Positions 1-12,653 of a DNA stretch of 64,000 nt are shown here, one piece after another. This DNA comes from Moniliella sp. 'wahieum' (lineage: Eukaryota), in contig RSEE01000047.1 in NCBI GenBank assembly GCA_003971905.1, positions 62,001 through 126,000 on the forward strand, written 5' to 3'. The position numbers were made by a program, and so were the translations under genes. The stretch's first letter is position 1, and the number at the start of each line of letters is the position of its first letter. The notes beneath the pieces are model-generated. The model did not search any database. It worked only from the letters and a program-made list of their open reading frames with translations, and was not told the DNA's origin.

Positions 1-194
1 AAAATCATAACTTCAGCATAAGAGGGCGGTCCGTCGGGCGGGCGGGCGGTCGTGGAGACAGGTAGAGAAAACAAAACGTATCGGAAAACGGAGTAAAGAG
101 TATAGCAGCGTACGGTCGTAGGATCAGCAGGTCAGGACGGATGCAGATGTCGTGAATCGTTAGGGGCGCATAGGACGGTCAAAGGGCCATTCAC

Positions 195-1152
195 CTAGAA
201 TGTCCGGCGTGTCAGGCGCAGGAAAGCCAGGGCAACGAAAATGTGCCAAGTTGGTATAGGATCGCATCGAAGTGAGTCTCGGGGCCAAACAGCGGCACCC
301 GGATTGGATACAAATGGTTGCATGCTAGTCTATATTGACATGTTAGACGTAAGACCGGACCAAACGTGTAGAAAGTGACATACTCGTTCAAAATCGGGCA
401 ATTTACTGACCACCACGTACTTTTCCCCCTGTTGGGTTTCAACGGAGAAGTGGTGAAGACCCATTTTCTGGGCAATAACGTGGACCACTCGGCGTTCGGC
501 GGATGTCAGGGAAGATGAAAACGACAACTCGTCTCTCATGCGATCATCATGAAAGAGAAGAATGCGAGAATAGACGTCCAGTGTGGTGGGGTCATTCATA
601 TTGAGTTCAGGTGTTGCTGTCAGATGCGTCGTAGGCCCGAGAGGACTCGGGGGACGGGTGCACCATCAGGTTCGGGAGAGGAGCACACGACGAAAGAGGC
701 GGCTGGAAATGATAGTTCCAGTTCTTGCCCTTTTCAATCTGGAGAGAATGCATCCTCTTGATCGCCTTGTCTTTCTCTAGTCGGTCTTTTTCCCCTGGTT
801 TGAGCACACGCTTGTGCTCAGCCCGCAATTTACGACCCGACACATCAAAACCGTTCAAGGCAGCCACCGCATTTTCGGCGTCGGCTGCATGGTGGTAGTT
901 GGCAAACGCTAGGCCACGAAAGATGCCTTGGTCAAAGTGGTAGTTGAACGCGTACGGCATGGGGAGCGATAAATCCGTCATCAGCGCAGCCAAACTTTCC
1001 TGAGGAAGAGTGAAAGGAATGTTTTTGATAACAATGGCGGTGGGGATAATGTCCGCTTTGGTGTGAGGCCACATAATCGGTGCAGCGGGCGCAGGGCTGC
1101 GCTTAACAGGACCAACCAAGGGGTACGGATCCACAGTGCGACCACTGCTCAT
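195..1152 (-). CDS. Pin4/Cip2-like RNA-binding protein (RRM + R3H); 3' end approximate
   Basis: RRM 'AIVIKNIPF...PYAFNYHFDQGIFRGLAFANY...LNGFDVSGRKLRAEHKR' (ORF 607..1383, likely ATG at 1152). R3H 'DPTTLDVYSRILLF...LTSAERRVVHVIAQKMGLHH' (ORF 330..599). Probable intron at about 331-382 (GTATGT..CTAAC..TAG). Confidence 0.85.
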
Positions 1153-2146
1153 GATGAGAAAGTGGGAGGGTGTGCGGAGGGAAAGACGAGTGTAGGTCGT
1201 ATGTAATGAGGAGCAATGGGGTGGGCTAGGAGGACCTGCCCAACGAGCCCAGGAAGGTGGTGGAAGCAACGAGACGGAAGGCTGCGATGCGAAAACAGAA
1301 TGGTATCTGTCCAACAATGGCTGGCACAGCCCCATAACATGCACCAGGGCTTGACAACGTCTGCGGGGGGGGGGGCTCACCAATCACCGATGTGTGCGGG
1401 GACTGCGACCGGTGAGGTTGGTGAGCTGCTAGCCATGTCATAGATTAGTCAGCCGGTCAGACTCATGCGCCCCAACGTCCTGGCAGCTTGGACCCTGGCA
1501 GATGGACTTGGCCTTCCTCGGTCTCATATCCCCCGCCCTCCCGCCGCAGCCACGACGACACGTGTCAGACAGGCATGGCGCCACTGCTCCAGATGATACG
1601 TCTTTCACGGTAATTAGGGTAACCGGTAACTGGCCCCAGAAGTGAGCTCGATGTGACTCGTGAATGCGTGAACGGGTGAACGTGGAGACGTAGGACATTG
1701 GCCTTCCTCCATGGTCACTCGAATTCTTGAGGCCCAGGCTTGCCAGCTGCACGCCTCAAATTTCAAAAGTCTTCCATGGAACGCCTCGTCGGTCCATTTC
1801 CTTTTCCGCCGTAAAACAATGGGAAAGTGAGCTGCTCAGGCAATTCACATGCTATGGCGCAAGCGCCCAATGAAGCCAGTGACTAGTAACTAGTGACTTA
1901 TTAGCGCTGTTAGCGCTTAGTATGTTAGCTGTGATATTATTTTGAAATTTTGACTGGGAACCGAGAATCCGGAATTCAGGGAATAGGCCTTCCTGACATT
2001 CAGTTACTGAGTGAACATAGTGAACGTACGTGCGTGCAGTTTCAAACCCAACTTGAATGTTCATTTGCACGTTAAACGTTAACCCTTGAACTTCAATGTT
2101 CAACGCTTCGGAGATAGAGATCATTATGTGACGCTTCTGGCAGGCG

Positions 2147-2170
2147 TAAGGCCTAAGGCCTAATGCATGA
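2147..2170. repeat. 7-bp-period TNA-palindrome array
   Basis: TAA GGCC TAA GGCC TAA TGCA TGA. Confidence 0.9.
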
Positions 2171-2808
2171 GGGGACTAACTCAATGGGTTTGGTGTTGGA
2201 TGATCGATGATTGGGTACGTTCTGGGAGCGACACCTGGAGTAGGGAACTGTTTGCTACGCGACAAGTGCGGCTTGATATTGAACGTTGAGTGTGGTGAAC
2301 GTGCAATCTGAGATTGAATGTTCGCCCATGGCTTAGGGCTTAGGGTTAGGTGACCGGTGAGGCGGCGAGTGCGAGCCTGGGAGGTGTGCCATGTGATATG
2401 TGGCGTGTGAAGTGTGATGCGGCGATTGCATTGGGATGGAGCAGCGGCCGCGACTGGAGCCCAACTTAAACACTTGCGGTCTTCCGCCCGGTCTACTCCG
2501 AAATTTGCAGCGTTCTGTGCCCGTGACAGCTCTGGTGGCAAGCAGGGGGGTGGCCCGCCGCCCGTGGGAGCGCACTCCACCTGTGTGCGCCTGTGTGCCT
2601 CACCACCTCACCGCCCACGGCATCATCCATCCCTCGCCTCTGCCACAGCGCCAGCCGCCGCTCCAGTGACCGGTGACGTGTGGGCAGGCACGGCACCAGT
2701 CTCGCTTCCTGCTCCGTCGGACGCCTGCCGATGCAACACCGCCCCCCCACCTCTCTCCCCCTGCCCTCTCCCGGTCAGTCCATTTTCACACCTTCCCGTC
2801 GACACACC

Positions 2809-2814
2809 TATAAG
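2809..2814 (+). promoter_or_regulatory. TATA-like box upstream of the desaturase
   Basis: TATAAG about 115 bp before the ATG at 2925, followed by a pyrimidine-rich tract. Confidence 0.4.
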
Positions 2815-2924
2815 GAGCGGCTCCGCCCCTTATCCGTCCTCTCTTCTTTTTTCTTTCTGCCGACCTTGTCCGCTTTGCCACCGACCGATTCTGTCCCGCT
2901 TCCTGCCAAGCGGACACCTTCGTC

Positions 2925-4428
2925 ATGTCCATTTCGCCCAATGTGACCAGCGCCACGCAGCGCAAGTCTGCTGTCGATGCCCCCGCCGCGGCGTCAGCAG
3001 CACCAGCCGCAGCCGCGGGCAAAGCGCCGACCAAGTTCTCCTTCCGCAAGCAGGAGCGGTACGATCCTCGGCCCTCCCGCAAGTGCCGATCCCCGACTTT
3101 TCAGTCAAGGATTTGCTCACGGCCATCCCCAAGCATGCTACGAGCGCAGCGCACTCCATTCGAGCTTGTATGTGCTGCAGGACTTGGTGCTCATGTCGGC
3201 AGCCTTTTACGCGGCTACCTACATTGACCCCTTTGTCGCTCACTTGACTTTACCAAGTCGCCGATGACCCCAGTTGGTTGTCCTTCGGAGCCCAGGCGCG
3301 GGTGCTCTCGTTCAGCCTTTTTGCCATCTACCAATTTTTCCAAGGCCTTGTCTTTACCGGCATCTGGGTGAATGCCCACGAATGTGGCCACCAGGCTTTC
3401 AGCACGTCCAAGACGCTTAACAACGCGGTCGGCTTTGTCTTGCACACGTTCCTTCTCGTGCCGTACCACTCATGGCGCATCTCGCATGCTCGCCACCATG
3501 CCGCTACGGGCCACATGACGCGGGACGAGGTCTTTGTGCCCCGTACCCGGGAGCAACGCGGACTTCTTCCTCTCCGGCCTGCCAGCCCCCCGGCTGAGGC
3601 CGAGAACGACTTTTTGAAGGTGCCTTCGGAGTCAAAGGCGAAGGCGACGAGTGAGGTGGAGGCACCCGTATATGACGACTCCGACTTGACTTGGGGAGAG
3701 TGGCTGGACGAGATGTTGGAAGACGCACCGATCTACAATTTGATCATGCTCGTCTTTCAGCAACTCTTTGGCTGGCAACTGTACCTCACCATCAACGCTT
3801 CCGGCCAGCTGCACTACCCCAAGGGTACCAACCACTTTAACCCCAACTCTGTCATCTTCGATGCGCGCCACAAGTGGCAGATTATTGCTTCCGACATTGG
3901 CATCGCAGTGGTGATTGGGGGTCTGGTTGCAGCTTCCTACCTTGCCCCGAATGGGTTCTGGGACGTGTTCCGCTACTACATTGTGCCCTACTTCTGGTGC
4001 AACCACTGGCTGGTGATGATTACCTACCTCCAGCACACTGACGCTCTTCTCCTCATTACAAGGCGGAGGAGTGGACCTTCCCGCGCGGTGCGCTGGCCAC
4101 GATTGACCGTCAATGGCTGTGGCCGATTGGTCCTTTCTTCTTCCATGGCATTGCCGAGACGCACGTTGCGCACCACATCCACTCGAAGATCCCCCACTAC
4201 CACGCATGGGAGGCGACGACTGCGCTGCAGGCCAAGCTCGGCCCGTACTATGTCCACTCGGAGGAGAATGTGTTCCGCACGCTGTGGAAGTCGTTCCGCT
4301 CTGCCGCTTTGTCGACAAGGATGAGGGCATCGCCTTTTTCCGCAATGCGCAGGGCGTGCCCACCGCGTCCATTGCTCAGAAACGGGCCGAGGAGACGTCC
4401 GACTCGGGCGTGGCCTTGTCGAGTAAAG
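2925..4428 (+). CDS. FAD2: Delta-12 (omega-6) fatty acid desaturase; end approximate
   Basis: Three His boxes: HECGH, 'HSWRISHARHH' and HVAHH (cacgttgcgcaccac, about 4161). Also 'NHWLVMITYLQHTD'. Split over several frames by indels. Confidence 0.93.
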
Positions 4429-5429
4429 GTGTCTGGCCTCGCCTCGCTTGTCCCCATCTCTCACCCCCTGTCCCAGAACGATATGGATATGCTCTTCGCC
4501 CAGCCCAATCCCCTAAGCGTTTATAAGAACAGGTGTCTGTGCATCGCTCCCTGAACAGTGTGATCAGATAGAACGTTCTTTGTACAATGTGCATTGAGCT
4601 TGTCCGCATATATGACGGTCCGGTCGTTGGGTCAGTTAGATGGAAGGCCGCGTCGTCCCCACAGCAATTCGCCTCATTCACAACCTCAGGTGGGGTCTCG
4701 AAGCCTACCAGCGTCTGCACTCCTTTGCGAGTGTCCTCTCAGCACCCCCAACACGCTCGAGCTACTTGCAGAGGAGATTGCAGGAGCGAACATGAGCTGT
4801 ACACAGAGACTACACAATTACTAAGTAGATGCGGTTAACGGTGATCAGGGTCACTGGCGTCTATTCTTGACCTAGGGGGCGATAGTTAGGTTGGGCACGT
4901 GTTTCCCCCACAGGGCAGGAGAAGAGGTATGCCGTTCACAGAAGGAAGTTGTAATTGAAGCTTCAGGTCACATGGCTGAGGTTTGCCCACAAAAGGCCCC
5001 CAGGCCTAGTACTGCTTCCGCGCGCAAACCTAGTCGTAGCTGCCATGCCAGGCCATACCACAGAGCAGAGCTGGGAAGTGCTGAGGTAAGCCAACGCCCA
5101 GGTGGGTCCGTGCACTGCTCCTGCGCATGGGACCACACCAGCTTGGAAGGCCAAGCGCCCGTCTGCGCCCCCCCACCCACCACCTCCCCGTGTCGTCCGA
5201 CAGCTCGTCCTCCTCCCATCCACGCTTTGCCCAGCGTGCTCTTTCCCTTATCCCTCGTGCTGCCACCCCCCCGCGCTGTCTGCCGTGCGCCCAGCTTCGG
5301 TTCCCACCTGCATCACCCGAACCTTCACCATCACCACCGCCCGTCCGCATTCTGTCAAGGTGCGCCCCCCCACCGGCAGTTATGCTGGCCTGAGCTCTCA
5401 TGAACCTTGCTGACCTTGAATGGTTCCAG

Positions 5430-5980
5430 ATGTCGCACCTAGATGACAACTGCCTTTTCTGCAAGATCATCCGCGGCCAGATCCCGTCGCAGAAGTTGTA
5501 CGAGACGGAGACAAGCTATGCGTTTTTGGAGTATGGCTTCCTATCCCCCCCTGTGCGCATTTCTCCGGCACTAACTCTCCACTTTCTTAGCATTGGCCCA
5601 TATCCAAGGGTCACTCGCTCGTGATTCCCAAGTATCACGGGGAGCGTCTGCACGACGTTCCGGATGAGTACCTGTCGGACCTGTTGGCCGTGGCGAAGAA
5701 ACTGGCCAAAGCCCAGGGCATTGTGGACTACAACGTTCTCCAGAACAATGGCAAGATTGCGCACCAAGTTGTCGGCCATGTGCATGTCCACATGATTCCC
5801 AAGCCCAACACGAGGAAGGCCTGATTGTTGGCTGGCCCGGCACTTCGCCCTCGAAGGAAGAGTTGCAGGAGGTATGTGCCATGCGGAGCTTCACCCCAAA
5901 AGGAAAACAGGACGTTGGCTACGGAGTACTGTACTGACTCTTTCGAATCAGACGGCCGACAAGATTCGTAAGAACATCTG
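5430..5980 (+). CDS. HNT1: HIT-family adenosine monophosphoramidase (Hint/Hnt1)
   Basis: 'MSHLDDNCLFCKIIRGQIPS', 'YNVLQNNGKIAHQVVGHVHVHMIPKP' (HxHxH). Introns at about 5531-5590 and 5872-5951. Stop TGA at about 5980. Confidence 0.93.
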
Positions 5981-7797
5981 AGTCTGCTGTATCTCAGGTC
6001 CCAGGTCCAAGGTCGGAGCGCTCAGTCCAAATGAAGCTCGATCCTTGGTCATTGATCAGCAAACAGCTGGTAACTTTTCCTCGACGCTGTACGACCCAAG
6101 GGAAGTTATCCCCCTTGGCCCCTGCGTCTTTTGGTGTGATCATGCATCCTGTATATGGCTACGATGTGGGCGCCCCTGATAGAATGACCGAGCCAGTCGG
6201 CGTTGCATGATTCTCTGGCCCTGTTGACATCCCATAGATCCCAACTAAGAGGTCATCTGAGGTCTGGCCTCAGGAGGCTGACAGGATCCAAATCGCCGGA
6301 TAACGTCAGGTGCACAGAGGGCTAGAGTGGAATTATGATTGACGCTGGGACAGAAGACGTCGAGCGTATGTGCGGTGGAGGGAAAACACCCGCTTTACTG
6401 CAGCGCCGTTACGGGGCTTGTCCAGGTCAGGCACGGTCTCTTCACCCACTTGAAGCTTTATTGCCATCGACAGAATTGACGCGTCCGCATATCTCACCCA
6501 CATCTCCTGCCTTGTCCCGCCCTGCTCTCTTCTATGAGAGAAAGCAATGCCTCACGTTTAGTCTTTCAAAGCGCCCCCTTTACCCCTCGGCGCGCGGTCT
6601 TCATTTCCCGCCGCCATTGGCCCACACCTAGGAAGGATAGCGCCACAGTATTCACGCTCACACGTCAAAATGCATTGCCGCACGAACACTGTCTCTCCCC
6701 GTCGCGTTGGTTGTGCCATCATTCGGCGCGCCCTCCCTTGCCTTGGGGGAAGAGGTGGTACTTCCAGAGATACTGTCCCCAAAGATTCACTCTCAGGCTT
6801 TTTTGTTCATCATCCCATGTTCAACCCCATTGCACTTGGTATGATAGCCCATGATTCAACTCGTCCTCCAGTTCGGACCCGCTGATTTCGGAACGTCCAC
6901 ATCCCGGCGGCTACTGCCTCGTTCTTCGACTCGTTCTCCTTGCCTCTATCTCCCCACTCATCTTTGCGACAGAGGCGCACGGATCGCAGTCCCTGGACCT
7001 CGTTTCCCTGCTACCCGGGTGAACCAAAGAGGCATACGAGACACGGCTTCAGTGGCGCCCGCCCCCGACGACGCCAGTTGATCGTCTTGTCCCTCTCTTT
7101 CCCAACGAGCATATCTCACCACCACCGCTCACGAACCGCCTGTCCGATGTACGCACTTGTCGAGCGCATGCCTCGAATGACATCGACAGCCAGGCCGCCT
7201 CGCTTGACCCCGACGAGGCGCAGCGGCGTGGTGGGTGCGCGGGTGGCCCGTTGAGGACGAGCGGAGGGAAAAGTATGTATGCCCTCACTCGGTGTTGCAT
7301 TGCACGTTGCGCGCAGGGGTCGGGGTGGGCATGTGATGCCTGTGATGCGGCACGGAGCGGTGGCACATGGTGCTTGCCTGGGCTGCCGCAGGCCCAGCAC
7401 CAACGATGGATGAGGCATCATGCATGCGCGATTATTTGCACAGCTGAAATTGAAATCCTGGGCTATGTGATATGTGGCATGTGACATGTGATGCATGATG
7501 CATGATGTGATGTGTGCTGGCCGATAGTCGATAGCAGCCGGCGGCAGCCAGGTGTGGTGCCTGAGGCGCTGAGGCCGGAGTGGGTGCTGGTGTGCTGCTG
7601 TGCTGCTGTGCGTCGGACCCGAACCCAGCTGGCCCTGTCCCTCATGCATCAAGCATCAAGCATCATCGGTCGGTATGCGTCATGGCCATTTGATGGCCAG
7701 CACACCAATCACGAGCACTAGCCAGACCCCGCCCGTCAGCCCACTGCCCGCCGGGCGTCTCGTGCAGCCTGCCCACCATTCCCCATCTGTCCCGGCC

Positions 7798-9866
7798 ATG
7801 TCCCACCTGACCCATCGCCTGTCCCGCGAGCTCCATCGCGTCGAGTCGGACCTAGCGCGCGACTTTAGCCGCTCCGACGCCAGCACCACTTCGCTCTCCG
7901 AGCCGCGCGGCCGCGACCCGCACCCCTGCGCACGTCGACCAGCACGCCGTCGCTCGCGCACCACCGCAGCCGCAGCCGCGACAGCATCTATTCCGGCCAG
8001 CAATCTCGTCGGGTGCACAGTCCTGATCCGCGGCTCAAGCCCTTCGTCCGGCCATCCGTTTCCCGCCCGGGTTTGAGCTGGTCAACAACTCCTACACCCC
8101 GTCTGCCTCTCTGCTCGAGCTGGCCTCGTCCAGCTCCCATCCGACGGCCAACAGTTCCGCCGAGAACTTGGACCGGCCTTCGTCCCGGCTTTCCTCCCCG
8201 CCCGCCTCGCCCCGCGTCCCGCACGTCCAGGTCAATGGCACGGCGCCCCCCGAATCATCGACCAAGCGCCACCCGGCCTCGGTGCTAGCCAAGGTCGCCC
8301 GACCCTTATCTCCCAACCCGCCCGGTGCGACCCCCTCTCGCCCATCCACGAAGAAGGCGCATCGGGCGAAGCCGAGACGCCAACGACCCCAAGCAAGTCG
8401 CTTTTGAAGTCGCCCAGGCTGGGCCCAGCGCTCGCCTGGGTCCAACGCACCCAGCGGGTCGCACCCGCCGTCGGCGGCGCCGGCGCCCATCGCCTCTTCG
8501 GCGCCTAGCTCGGCACAGGCGGAGATCCCGACTACCAAGAAAGAGGGTGCGGAGGCGGACAGGTGGATCGCCCGTCTCCCCCCATCGGGCCTCGGTCGAG
8601 GGCGAGGGCGAGGGCGAGGTCCCCGATGGGGGGGTGGAGGATAAGGAGGAGGAACAAGAGGGGCCGGGCGGCAGCGGAGCTTACTGAATCGATGGCGAAA
8701 CCGGACGCCCCCCGACCTCGAACGCGCCGGATGTACAAGAGCAGGAGGACAAGGGTGAGTCGGGCGGGCCGAACGTACTGCGGCGAGCGAGCAGTCTGTT
8801 GCGCCCCAACTTCAAGTCGGCCGCGCCGGAGGCGGGCTGGATGAGCAAACGATGGCAGCCATGCGCGGCGGTGGACCAAGTCGGTTGGATTTGATACCAT
8901 GCCGGATGCGCTGGACACGGTGAGCGAGTCGTTTACCTTTACGCTGCAGGCCAAGACCAAGGGCTACCAGCGGAGCAAGAACACGCGCATCTTTATGTGT
9001 GCGGTGGACAACAACTTGTATTCCGAAACGGCGCTGGCTTGGTGCATGGAACAGTTGGTCGAGGACGGCGACGAGCTGGTCGCCATCCGCGTGGTGGAGG
9101 GCGAGAAGGAGGAGTTGGACCAAGATTTGATTCGCGAGCAAGCTCATGACTTGCTCGCCCAAATTGCCGAGATGAACGATGAAGTGCCCGGTCGCAAGGT
9201 GAGTACATGCTGCCCTTGGCAGTGCCCGTGCGCTGGGTCTTGACACTACGAGCTACAAGCTAACTTTCGCACCTGCGATTCTTTTCTTTTTCTTCCCCCC
9301 TAGATTTCGATCATTGTGAGTTTGTCCATGGCCGCCCTACCTCGACGATCTTGCGCGTGATCCAAGTACCGACCCAACAGTCTCACCATCGGCACGCGGG
9401 GCAAGACGGCCAACCCACTGCAGAAGCTGCTGGGGGCGCGCCCATCATTGGCCACGTTTCGCGTGACATTCTGCAGCGCTCGCCCGTGCCGGTGGTGGTG
9501 GTGCGGCCGGAAGCCAAGGTGCGCAAGCATCTCAACAAACGGCTCAAGGACCCGTCCCGGCGCGCGTACCGCAACCTGGTCTGCGACGATATCGACGGCC
9601 CCAAAACACCTGACCTGGCGCTTTCCTCGGGCCGGTCGGGCTCGCTGGTGCGATCCCAGACGAGCCAGACGTGCTTTGAGCCTGAGTTGGAGCTGTCTAC
9701 TTCGTGTGCTAACCTATTTTTTGCTGGGACCCTCGGGTGGGCTGTCGCCCATGGATGGCCCTGCGTGTACTACTACGCTTGTACGCTCCACCGCGTTGCA
9801 ACGAGAATGCCCACTTTTGTGCTACGAAGGAGGGGGGAAGGGGGAGCCATACATTCGCGTAGCTAG
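7798..9866 (+). CDS. Universal stress protein (USP) domain protein with long low-complexity N-terminus; end uncertain
   Basis: 'SVGFDTMPD...FTFTLQAKTKGYQRSKNTRIFMCAVD...ALAWCMEQLVEDGDELVAIRV' and 'IGHVSRDILQRSPVPVVVVRPEAKVRK'. Intron about 9199-9303 (GTGAGT..CTAAC..TAG). Confidence 0.8.
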
Positions 9867-9935
9867 GAAGGAAGGAAGTATTGGTACAAGGCGCGCGCCG
9901 ACAGAGCTCCAGCGGGCAAGAAAGCGCCGACACGC

Positions 9936-10176
9936 CTAGGCCGCAGTGGCCGCGTTGTTCTTCGGGTTGGCCGGGTGACTCTTCCAGCTCTCGGCGACCT
10001 GCTTGAACGCGTCCTTGTGGCTCAGGTCCGGGTGCTTGGCCTTGACCTTGGGCAGCTCGGCCTCATGAAGAGGTTGTAGGCCGAGGCGGGCGTTTGGGCG
10101 GCAGCACACCCGGCTGCGGTAGCGCTGCTGCGCTTCTTGGTGGCGGTCGAGTCGGACTTGGCGGGGGGCGCCAGTG
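9936..10176 (-). CDS. Small YABBY/HMG-box-like DNA-binding protein
   Basis: 'SAYNLFM..AELPKVKAKHPDLSHKDAFKQVAESWKSHPANPK', preceded by a basic Lys/Ala N-terminus. Upstream 5'-UTR intron about 10193-10272 and TATAAA at 10353-10358 (minus). The start codon appears corrupted (gccactggcg). Confidence 0.75.
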
Positions 10177-12653
10177 GCGGGAGCGAGGAAGCTGGTGGAA
10201 AGGCGACGGGGGAGGGTTAGTGCGTGTGCCGGCAGAGAGCAGGGCTGGGGCAGGGGCGGGGGAGGGCACGTACCGAGTACGGAGAGCGGGGGGGGGGGTG
10301 GGGTGAAGGGGTGGGGGGTGGGGGACGAGGGACGCGTCGGGGAGGCGCGTTCTTTATAGGCGGCTATATGCTGGCGAGGCTGGTCGCAATAGTGCCAGCG
10401 CGCCACGATGGGGCTGGGTGGGGGGTGGGGCGCAGGGGCAGTGTGCCGTGGGCCAGTCTGGTGGGAGGCGACGCAGTGTGCGTACTGCGGCCAAGTCCCC
10501 CGTTACAACGACTACCCGAGCGCGCCAGAATCGAGGGGCTGGACTGCGGCCGGCTGCAGTCGGCTGCAGTAGCGTGCATTGAATATGAATGCTGAATAGG
10601 CGGCGACGCAGGTGCTATGCTAGTGCTAGTGCTGTCTAGTACGTGGGGCATCGCAAGGCAGGCAGCCACTGCGATGTGCTGCTGGGCGGCGGCGGACTAG
10701 GTAAGCAAGCGCATCGAGGCGGGGGGCACTGTGTATAATGGCGTGTGCGTGGGTCGGCCTGCAAGGAGCACGGATGGCTGCCCACTAGCCATGATCTGCA
10801 GAGCGCTCTACGCCAGCCTGCGCCCGCCCACACAGCCATGCTGCCCGCCGCCTGCTACCTATTGCCCCCATCAAATCTTGGGCATCGCTAGTAGTAGCGC
10901 TGACGCTGAGGTCAGCGTCAGTGCTGAGGCTGGGCCTGACGCTCCGCCTGCGCCCGCATTAAGCGCATTCTGCCTTGGGCTCCTAGTGCAGCCGGGCGCC
11001 ACGCAGCACACCAGTGTCAGTGTGCCCCCACCGAGCGACATGGCCTACGCACTGGCCTGCTGTGCATGCATGCTGCCACGCCATGCACTGCTGATTCGGA
11101 TTCGTGCCAACGCACCAACGGCCTTTCCGTGGCTCTCGACTACTGGCACGCCCAGCAGCCCAACAACACGGCCCATGCTTGCGCCATATGCATAAGCACT
11201 TCTCCTATCTACCCACCATCGGCCATCGGCAATCTCCTATCGCCACCACGAAACCTTTCAAAAGCGTTGGCCTCACTTTGAAATTGCATTCTACAGCGCG
11301 GTCGTTGTCACACGTGACACATGGCACGTGACACGCGCCTTCGCGTCCAGCCCCACCCCTCTCCTCCCCTTTCCCCGCTGCCATCAAACCGACTCTGCAT
11401 CCGCCCAGTGCTGACTCCAGTGGATTGCATCCAGCGCCGCCGACACGAGGGAGGCACAATATCAATGACCCCGGGGCTGCTTATATGCAGCAGCGCCACA
11501 CCAGTGTGCTCCTGCCTTGTGGTACGATGCCTTGACGTATAATAGCCGTCCTCAACATGAGGCAGCCCCCCCATTGGTCCTGTGCTCTGTGGCCCATTAC
11601 TACACCAGAGCCCCCTGGCCATCTCACAGTCGAAACGCCCAAGTTCAAGCTGGTCATCATGAGTTTTCGTCTGCGCCCCTAGCCACCATCTGCAAGGAAG
11701 CGCTGGTGGACTCTGCTGGAGAGAGTTGGGGACAATATGATATGCTGCAAGTGCCGCTCCACATTGTTGTTGTTACGAATTGGCGTGTTCTGATTGAGCT
11801 CCCACGTCATGGCTTCAAGCTCACGCTTGACAGGCGGTAAACGTTTGCTTTTCCGCATCTCAACCGACTCCCTGTCACCCCAACTCGTGTGGGTCTTCGG
11901 AGGGAGAGAGCCAAACCAAAAGAAAATGCATTTCCCATCCTCCGCTGACCCAATCCGTACAAGTGCTCTCTCTTCTCCCCCGCGTGCCGCCTGTCCATCT
12001 GTTGGTGAGTAAGGCAACGTAAGAGTGCCATGTCCCTCTCCCACCATTCCAGTTGGGCTGTACAGTTCGCCATCTCGCCCGCCTACTATTTGCCAGCTTC
12101 CACGGTCATCAAAGTCTGCTAACACCCGGGTTTCTTCCAGACTTGATTAGTGGTGGAAGATGGGCCGTTGTGTTGATGGGGTTCGGCACCGGATTCCTGC
12201 CTCGGTATGGCATTGTGGCTCTCCGCCGATTCCGTCAGCAGCAGGGGAAGTTGAGCGCCTCTGAAATGGACAAAGGTGCCCTACTCTGGCCATGCATAGG
12301 CCGACAATACTCGACCTATACAGCACGCAGGGTAGGCTCACATAACGCTCACATAACCACGTCACAAACCACTACCACGAGCCTAGCCATCGTGTACGAC
12401 TTTCTGCCAATACGCGTACCTTTTGGTGTGTTTTTGACAGGCTGCTCTGTACCAATCCTATTCTACCAACAGTCAACATGGATCCAAGTGGTATGAGGTC
12501 TGTCGGATGAGGTCGTGCTCCAGACTAATTTTGGATGCAGTTGCTTCATTGGTGTTTCCGTCATTGGGGAGGGGGCAGGTAAGAAAGCCCCGCCTCCCCA
12601 TAGCCAAGTAGGCCGTAGCCGCCCCCCAGCTCCCCAGGTGCCTGGGCACCCAC

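Noticed and set aside
10170..10180. Possible CTG (non-AUG) start for the YABBY/HMG-like gene (gccaCTGgcg)
   Set aside because: Removing one base gives gccATGgcg in good context, consistent with the indel error rate.
11517..12500. Short ORFs downstream of COX5
   Set aside because: No recognisable domain or consistent exon structure.
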